A stretch of 64,000 nucleotides of DNA from Spirochaetia bacterium (GTDB lineage: Bacteria; Spirochaetota; Spirochaetia; UBA9216). The notes under the pieces are model-generated. The model worked only from the letters and a program-made list of their open reading frames with translations, ran no database searches and was not told the DNA's origin. Of this stretch, positions 58,301 through 64,000 are shown in pieces. Position 1 is the stretch's first letter. Each line of letters opens with the position of its first letter. Where the stretch lies: positions 1,568,001 to 1,632,000 of the forward strand of contig OY776510.1 in assembly GCA_963675665.1 (NCBI GenBank). The letters are read 5' to 3'. The position numbers were made by a program, and so were the translations under genes.

Positions 58301-58316
58301 TGGCATATTTATTGCA
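58301..58316 (+). promoter_or_regulatory. sigma54 (-24/-12) promoter
   Basis: TGGCAT-ATTTA-TTGCA, 44 nt upstream of ATG. Confidence 0.85.
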
Positions 58317-58360
58317 TTATTCACCTGTAACTGATTTTTAACTGATATCAAGGAGGTCTT

Positions 58361-58942
58361 ATGGAAACGGCTGTTGAAATAAGATGGCACGGCCGCGGAG
58401 GGCAGGGAGCCAAGACAGCTTCGCTTCTGCTTGCCGATGTTGCCTTTAATACCGGGAAATGGGTTCAGGGTTTTCCCGAATACGGTCCCGAACGGATGGG
58501 CGCCCCGATTACGGCTTACAACAGAATCTCGGACCGTAAGAATACGGTTCATTCCAATATCTATGAACCCGACTATGTTGTGGTTGTCGATGAAACCCTG
58601 CTGACAACGGTGGATGTCGCCACAGGGCTGAAGAAAGGCGGTGTGCTGCTGATTAATACAGAGGCTGAGCCTTCCGAAATACGGAAGAAGATTCCGGGGT
58701 ATACCGGCCGGCTTGCCGTAATTGATGCGAGAAGGGTTTCGGAAGAATGCCTGGGAAAATATTTTCCCAATACGCCGATGCTCGGCGCCCTGGTAAGGGT
58801 AAGCGGAATAATGGATGAGCAGAATTTCCTTTCCCAAATGGAAAATTCGTTCAGTCATAAATTCTCGTCAAAACCTGAGATGATCAGGGGGAATATGGAA
58901 GCCCTGAAGAAAGCCCTCAAGGAGGTTTCGGAAGATGTATAA
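58361..58942 (+). CDS. porG: Pyruvate/2-oxoacid:ferredoxin oxidoreductase gamma subunit
   Basis: EIRWHGRGGQGAKTA, QGFPEYGPERMGAP, PNTPMLGA. Confidence 0.93.
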   Translation: METAVEIRWHGRGGQGAKTASLLLADVAFNTGKWVQGFPEYGPERMGAPITAYNRISDRKNTVHSNIYEPDYVVVVDETLLTTVDVATGLKKGGVLLINTEAEPSEIRKKIPGYTGRLAVIDARRVSEECLGKYFPNTPMLGALVRVSGIMDEQNFLSQMENSFSHKFSSKPEMIRGNMEALKKALKEVSEDV

Positions 58943-59240
58943 GGAAATTGATAAGAATGTCGGATGGAAGGACATAACCCCGGGCGGCACGGTATATACG
59001 GCCGGCAACTCGGTTGAGTTTCTTACCGGGGACTGGCGGACAATGAAGCCTGTTTTTATAAAAGAGAACTGCCGCGACTGTTTTCTGTGCATCCCGGTAT
59101 GCCCGGACAGTTCGATTTATATTGCCGGCGGAAGGCGGTCTGATTTTGACTACGGTCACTGCAAGGGCTGCGGCGTATGCGCAAAGGTATGCCCGTTCGG
59201 CGCAATAGAAATGGAAAAGGAACAGGGAGGGGCGGTATGA
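58935..59240 (+). CDS. porD: Pyruvate/2-oxoacid:ferredoxin oxidoreductase delta subunit
   Basis: TGDWR..KP, CRDCFLCIPVCP, CKGCGVCAKVCP. Confidence 0.93.
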   Translation: MYKEIDKNVGWKDITPGGTVYTAGNSVEFLTGDWRTMKPVFIKENCRDCFLCIPVCPDSSIYIAGGRRSDFDYGHCKGCGVCAKVCPFGAIEMEKEQGGAV

Positions 59241-60418
59241 GTATAAAAGAGCGGATGTCGGGAAACGAGGCGGTTGCGGTTGCTTTGAGGCAGATAAACC
59301 CGGATGTGTTTCCGGCATTTCCGATTACACCATCTACAGAGATTCCGCAGTACTTTTCGGGTTATATTGCGGAAGGCAGGGCCGATACCGTGTTTGTGCC
59401 GGTGGAATCCGAACACAGTTCGATGTCGGCCTGTATCGGTGCGGAAGCTGCAGGTGCCCGTACAATGACGGCCACCTCGTCCTGCGGGCTTGCTCTGATG
59501 GCCGAGATGCTCTACGTTGCATCCTCTCTGCGGCTGCCGGTGGTAATGGCCTGCGTAAACAGGGCGCTTACAGGGCCGATAAATATAAATGCGGATCACA
59601 GCGACTCGATGGGAGTCCGGGATTCCGGATGGATTCAGCTCTACAGTGAGAATAACCAGGAGGCCTATGATAATTTTATCCAGGCTGTCAGGATAGGAGA
59701 GCACCGCGACGTGATGCTGCCTGTGATGGTCTGCCAGGACGGTTTTATTACCAGTCATGCAGTTGAAAATATTGAACTGAACGATGATGAAACCGTCAGA
59801 AGTTTTGCAGGCAAGTATGAACCCGAACATTACCTGCTGAACCCGAAAGAGCAGATTGCACTCGGCCCCTATGATACGGCTAATTTTTATATAGAACACA
59901 AACGGCTGCAGGCCCAGGCAATGATTAATGCAAAGGAAGTAATAAGGCAGGTGGCGGCTGAGTATGAAAGACTGACCGGCCGCCAATACGGTTTTTTTGA
60001 AGAGTACCGAATGAAGGACGCCGAAACAGCGGTTGTACTTATAAACTCGTCGGCCGGAACTGCCAAAGCAGCTGTTGATTCCCTGCGGGACCGCGGCGTA
60101 AAGGCCGGGCTTGTCAAAATACGGATGTTCAGGCCTTTTCCTGCAGAAGAGATCGCGGCTGTCCTGTCCGGGGTCAGCGCCGTAGCCGTTATGGATAAAT
60201 CCGAAGGATTTTCGGCCACAGGCGGGCCGCTGTTTCATGAAATCCGCTCGGCTCTTTACGGTAAGAATAAAATACCCGCGGTTATCAACTACATCTACGG
60301 TCTCGGCGGGCGCGATTTAACGACCGATCATGTTGAATCCGTTTTTTCCGAACTGGAGAAAATTGCGGCCGGCGGCAGTGCCGGTGAAACTTACAGATAT
60401 CTCGGTGTCAGGGAATAG
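59237..60418 (+). CDS. porA: Pyruvate/2-oxoacid:ferredoxin oxidoreductase alpha subunit
   Basis: GNEAVA, FPITPSTEI, ESEHSSMS, TATSS.GL, NRAL.GP.NI..DHSD, DGFITSH, YGLGGRD; start 59237 (ATGA overlap). Confidence 0.93.
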   Translation: MSIKERMSGNEAVAVALRQINPDVFPAFPITPSTEIPQYFSGYIAEGRADTVFVPVESEHSSMSACIGAEAAGARTMTATSSCGLALMAEMLYVASSLRLPVVMACVNRALTGPININADHSDSMGVRDSGWIQLYSENNQEAYDNFIQAVRIGEHRDVMLPVMVCQDGFITSHAVENIELNDDETVRSFAGKYEPEHYLLNPKEQIALGPYDTANFYIEHKRLQAQAMINAKEVIRQVAAEYERLTGRQYGFFEEYRMKDAETAVVLINSSAGTAKAAVDSLRDRGVKAGLVKIRMFRPFPAEEIAAVLSGVSAVAVMDKSEGFSATGGPLFHEIRSALYGKNKIPAVINYIYGLGGRDLTTDHVESVFSELEKIAAGGSAGETYRYLGVRE

Positions 60419-60429
60419 GAGGTCCGGAT

Positions 60430-61359
60430 ATGGCGTATAATTTCAAGGAAGTAATGGCGAAGGAAGATCGCCTTGCCGGCGGGCACAGGATGTGCGCAGG
60501 CTGCGGCGCCCCTGTAGCCGTGCGGGGGGTTCTCAGGGCCCTGAAGCCTGAAGACCGTGCGGTAATATCCAATGCCACCGGCTGTCTCGAAGTCTCGACC
60601 TTCATGTATCCGTATACATCATGGAAGGATTCCTATATTCACTCGGCTTTTGAGAATGCCGGGGCAACAATCAGCGGTGTCGAGGCTGCCTATGATGCGC
60701 TGAAAAAAAGAGGCGGGCTTTCAGGAACAACAAAGTTTATCGCCTTCGGGGGCGACGGAGGATCATACGATATAGGTTTTCAGTCCCTGTCCGGCGCAAT
60801 GGAACGCGGTCACGATATGGTCTATGTCTGCTATGACAACGGCGCTTACATGAACACCGGCATCCAGCGGTCCTCGGCGACTCCGCGCTTTGCCGATACC
60901 ACAACTACGCCTGTCGGGGAATACTCAACCGGGAAAGCACAGAACCGAAAAGACCTGTCCGAGATAATGGCGGCCCACCGGATACCCTATGTAGGCCAGA
61001 CGACATTTCTGAAGAATTTCAAGGACCTGCATGAGAAGTCCGAAAAGGCAATTTATACGCACGGAGCCGCATTCCTGAACATCCTTGCCCCCTGCCCGCG
61101 CGGCTGGCGCTACCCGTCGGAAGACCTGATGGAGCTCTGCCGGCTTGCTGCCGATACCTGTTACTGGCCTCTTTTTGAAGTGGAGGAGGGCCGGTGGAGA
61201 CTGAATTACGTTCCGAAAAAGAAGCTGCCGATTGAGGATTTTCTGAAGGTGCAGGGAAGGTTCAGACATCTTTTCAAACCGGAAAACGAGCACCTTATAG
61301 CCGTCTTTCAGGCTGAGGTTGATGCCAGATGGAACAGCCTGAACGAACGCTGCTCATAG
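60430..61359 (+). CDS. porB: Pyruvate/2-oxoacid:ferredoxin oxidoreductase beta subunit (TPP-binding)
   Basis: GHRMCAGCG, NATGCLEV, GGDGG.YDIG, YDNGAYMNTGIQRS, PCPRGW. Confidence 0.94.
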   Translation: MAYNFKEVMAKEDRLAGGHRMCAGCGAPVAVRGVLRALKPEDRAVISNATGCLEVSTFMYPYTSWKDSYIHSAFENAGATISGVEAAYDALKKRGGLSGTTKFIAFGGDGGSYDIGFQSLSGAMERGHDMVYVCYDNGAYMNTGIQRSSATPRFADTTTTPVGEYSTGKAQNRKDLSEIMAAHRIPYVGQTTFLKNFKDLHEKSEKAIYTHGAAFLNILAPCPRGWRYPSEDLMELCRLAADTCYWPLFEVEEGRWRLNYVPKKKLPIEDFLKVQGRFRHLFKPENEHLIAVFQAEVDARWNSLNERCS

Positions 61360-61447
61360 GCGGATTCCTGAAAGAACCTCTATAAATATACTGTTTTTAT
61401 TGCCGCAGGTAATATAAAATAGTGATTATACAGTTTCCGGAGGAAAA

Positions 61448-63349
61448 ATGGGCGATATCGGGATAATAGTGAACAACACAAGCATAAGAGACATGGCTCT
61501 GAATGTCGTAAAAAAGAGCCCCCTGTCAATATCGGTTGTTCTGGCCCGTTCCTTCGAAGACAGCGTCAACCAGGCTGTTGAAATGCAGAGCCGGGGCTTC
61601 AGGGTACTTATATCAAGGGGCGGGCACAGCGCCAGGATCCGTGAAGCCGGGCTGAATATCCCGATTATCGACATCCCTTTTATGGGAAATAATATAGCCG
61701 CGCTTCTGATTAAAGCCAAAAAAGTTTACGGGGAGTTCGCGGTTGTCGGAAATGAACTGCTGATAAACACGGCCCGGGAGCTCGGGGAAGCCATAGGATC
61801 AGGAATCCATTACTTCAGGGTAAAGGAATGGAAGGATTATGAGACCATGACCAACCAGGCCAGGCTCATGAATCTTGAAGCCATTGTAGGCGGGTACGAC
61901 GCAACAAGCTTCGCTGAAAAAATCGGGCTCAGAAGCTTCTGTATTGAGACGCGTGAGTTCGAAATAAATACGGCTGTGCAGGAAGCCGAGAAAATCCTGT
62001 CGATTCTGGACAAGGAACGCAGGTGGAACGAATTGTTCCGCACCATTCTTGATTCAATAAGGGAAGGTATTGTCTCAACCGCTTCGGACGGGACGGTAAC
62101 CCATCTGAACCAGACGGCAAGAAAACTTCTCGGCGTGGACGGCCGGCTGATGCTGGGCAAGCCGGTCGGAATCAGGTGGCTTCGCGATCAGATTGAAGAT
62201 ACCCTTAAACGGGGAGTAAAGAGCTACGATAACCTGTATGAATCCGATAACTCATACACCGGAAGCGTGCTGCCGATAAAAGTAGGCGAGCAGATCAGCG
62301 GGTCGGTTGTTGTCCTTCAGGAAATAGAGTATGTACAGCAGGTGGAACGGAGCATAAGAAGGAAGCTTTCCCAGAAAGGTTTTATAGCAAAAACAACCTT
62401 TGACCTTGTTCTGGGAAAAAGCTCGATCCTTCAGGCGAATATAAAAAAGGCGAAGCAGTACAGCCTTGTTGATTCGACAATTCTGATAAGGGGTGAAAGC
62501 GGAACCGGCAAGGAGATGTTCGCCCAGAGTATTCATAACTTCAGCCTGAGAAGGGAAGAAGCCTTTGTTGCAATCAACTGCGCTACAATTCCGCCGAATC
62601 TTCTGGAATCGGAGTTTTTCGGTTATGTCGACGGCGCCTTTACCGGTGCAAAAAAAGGCGGTAAGGCCGGACTGTTTGAGCTGGCCCATAACGGTACAAT
62701 TTTTCTCGATGAAATAGGCGAGATAGCCGTCGATATGCAGGCCAGGCTTCTCAGGGTCCTTGAAGAAAGGCAGATCCGCCGTGTAGGCGGCGACAAGGTT
62801 ATCCCTGTCAATATAAGGGTCATAGCGGCCACGAACAAGGACCTTGCCCGGATGGTCAAAGAGGGGAATTTCCGTGAAGACCTTTATTACCGGCTGAATG
62901 TCCTCTCGTTAAACCTGCCTCCGCTGAGGGAGAGAAGAGCCGACATCCCGATAATGCTGAATTACTTTGCGGATTTCTTCACCCATTCCCATAACAAGCA
63001 TCCTATCGTTTTTTCGGAAGAGGGTATGGAGTTGCTGGCGGGTTATGAATGGCCCGGAAACATAAGGGAACTGAAAAATATTGTAGAGAGGCTGGTGATC
63101 ACCGCCCAGGACGAATCCGTGGGGAAAATGGATGTTATGAGCGTTCTCGGAGATGTTTCCGGTATACTGCCTGTCAGGAGTATCGACAGCGGTACGGAAT
63201 CCCTGCTGGAATCAAACGAGAAAGAGCTTATTACTTTCATCCTGAAAGAAACCGGCGGAAATAAAACGGAAGCCGCTAAAAAGCTGGGTATAAGCCGGGC
63301 AACGCTGCACCGGAAACTGAAAGAGATGAACATCGATCGGAAATCATGA
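61448..63349 (+). CDS. sigma54-dependent enhancer-binding protein, PrpR-like (PrpR_N + PAS + AAA+ + Fis HTH)
   Basis: LISRGG N-domain, ILDSIREGI PAS, GESGTGKE, GAFTGA, FLDEIGE, WPGNIREL, GNKTEAAKKLGISRATLHRKL. Confidence 0.93.
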   Translation: MGDIGIIVNNTSIRDMALNVVKKSPLSISVVLARSFEDSVNQAVEMQSRGFRVLISRGGHSARIREAGLNIPIIDIPFMGNNIAALLIKAKKVYGEFAVVGNELLINTARELGEAIGSGIHYFRVKEWKDYETMTNQARLMNLEAIVGGYDATSFAEKIGLRSFCIETREFEINTAVQEAEKILSILDKERRWNELFRTILDSIREGIVSTASDGTVTHLNQTARKLLGVDGRLMLGKPVGIRWLRDQIEDTLKRGVKSYDNLYESDNSYTGSVLPIKVGEQISGSVVVLQEIEYVQQVERSIRRKLSQKGFIAKTTFDLVLGKSSILQANIKKAKQYSLVDSTILIRGESGTGKEMFAQSIHNFSLRREEAFVAINCATIPPNLLESEFFGYVDGAFTGAKKGGKAGLFELAHNGTIFLDEIGEIAVDMQARLLRVLEERQIRRVGGDKVIPVNIRVIAATNKDLARMVKEGNFREDLYYRLNVLSLNLPPLRERRADIPIMLNYFADFFTHSHNKHPIVFSEEGMELLAGYEWPGNIRELKNIVERLVITAQDESVGKMDVMSVLGDVSGILPVRSIDSGTESLLESNEKELITFILKETGGNKTEAAKKLGISRATLHRKLKEMNIDRKS

Positions 63350-64000
63350 CAGTCTTCTTTGATGCTGTTTCGAACGATGTGGTGTATGAGCTCCTGTTGA
63401 AGGGCTGTTCCGGTAAAATAACCGGGGTTTTCAGCTCCTCCGCGTACTGCCTGCTTGAAAACGGCAAGATACTTTTATTCCATGAAGACAGATACGGTAT
63501 AATTCCTTTCGGCATCGGGCTTGCGGACATGGGTTCTTTCCTGTCCTGGGCGGGGGTATTGCCAGGTGCCTCTTTCCGCTGCGGAAACCTGATTTTTGAT
63601 TTCCCCGGTTCCGGCCGGAAGACAGTTCTCAGGCTCAGCAGGCGGAACCCTGCAGCTTTTTCCGAAGAACCGCTGCAGCCCTCCGGCGAAATAAGGCAAA
63701 GAGTACTGAAAGCCGAAGCGGTGCTGAAATCGGTAAAGCCGGACTGCTTCGGTATAATAAACACGCTTCTGAAAACCGGTGAAGGTATAGCCACCGGCGG
63801 AGAGTCCGAAGTCTGCAGGCTGATGCGTACGGATGTGTTTGATTCACTCCTGCAGGGAATTGCCGCTGATGCATCAGGAGAAATTGAGGCTGCGCTCTGC
63901 AGGCTCGCAGGTCTCGGCTACGGGCTGACCCCGACAATGGATGATATTCTGACCGGTCTTGCATATATGTTCAGGTTTATGGAGCGTAAAACGGGAAGAC
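63346..64000 (+). CDS. DUF2877-family protein (YlbF/YahE-like), truncated by window end; absent from ORF track
   Basis: ATG at 63346 overlaps the activator stop (ATGA). Frame translated by hand, open to 64000: MTVFFDAVSND...GKITGVFSSSAY...RLAGLGYGLTPTMDDILTG, matching the family G.G.GLTP..DD motif. Confidence 0.78.
   Translation, partial: MTVFFDAVSNDVVYELLLKGCSGKITGVFSSSAYCLLENGKILLFHEDRYGIIPFGIGLADMGSFLSWAGVLPGASFRCGNLIFDFPGSGRKTVLRLSRRNPAAFSEEPLQPSGEIRQRVLKAEAVLKSVKPDCFGIINTLLKTGEGIATGGESEVCRLMRTDVFDSLLQGIAADASGEIEAALCRLAGLGYGLTPTMDDILTGLAYMFRFMERKTGR

Noticed and set aside
59156-60238. 360-aa antisense ORF over porA
   Set aside because: Shadow frame of a well-conserved gene; no recognisable motif or RBS
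1-64000. CRISPR arrays, tRNA/rRNA, IS elements, prophage or defence genes
   Set aside because: No spaced direct repeats, RNA-gene signatures, transposase/integrase or nuclease motifs seen; intergenic gaps are short and mostly explained by promoters and hairpins

Overview
A gene-dense bacterial chromosomal segment, probably from an anaerobic, saccharolytic Spirochaetota member. That call is an inference from the Cys-less 'FAGGQQE'-type signal peptides on the binding proteins. From left to right it contains: rex plus a cobamide nucleotide-loop operon (cbiB-cobD-cobU-cobS-cobC); L-arabinose catabolism (FGGY ribulokinase divergent from LacI-araD-araA); an orphan lipoprotein; and a GH51 arabinofuranosidase with a YtfQRT/YjfF-like ABC system and LacI. 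Next comes an AraR-type (GntR-LacI) regulator heading two tandem modules of identical layout (SBP-permease-ATPase-permease-sugar enzyme-M24 fold protein), marked by four perfect TTGTACGTACAA boxes. These are followed by a maltose ABC/GH65 locus, an LsrB/RhaS-like ABC with DhaK/DhaL and an AllA-like cupin, an Acetobacterium-type lactate operon (FadR, LarA, EtfB, EtfA-ferredoxin, LDH) and an MFS. The window ends with a sigma54-controlled block: UxaA/GarD-family lyase, porGDAB, a PrpR-like activator and a DUF2877 gene running off the edge. I saw no rRNA, tRNA, CRISPR or IS elements. The best candidates for undescribed biology are the AraR-box twin module with two M24-fold proteins (18.5-34.3 kb) and the sigma54 lyase/POR/DUF2877 block (56.4-64 kb). 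All family calls come from motif recognition by eye, not database searches.
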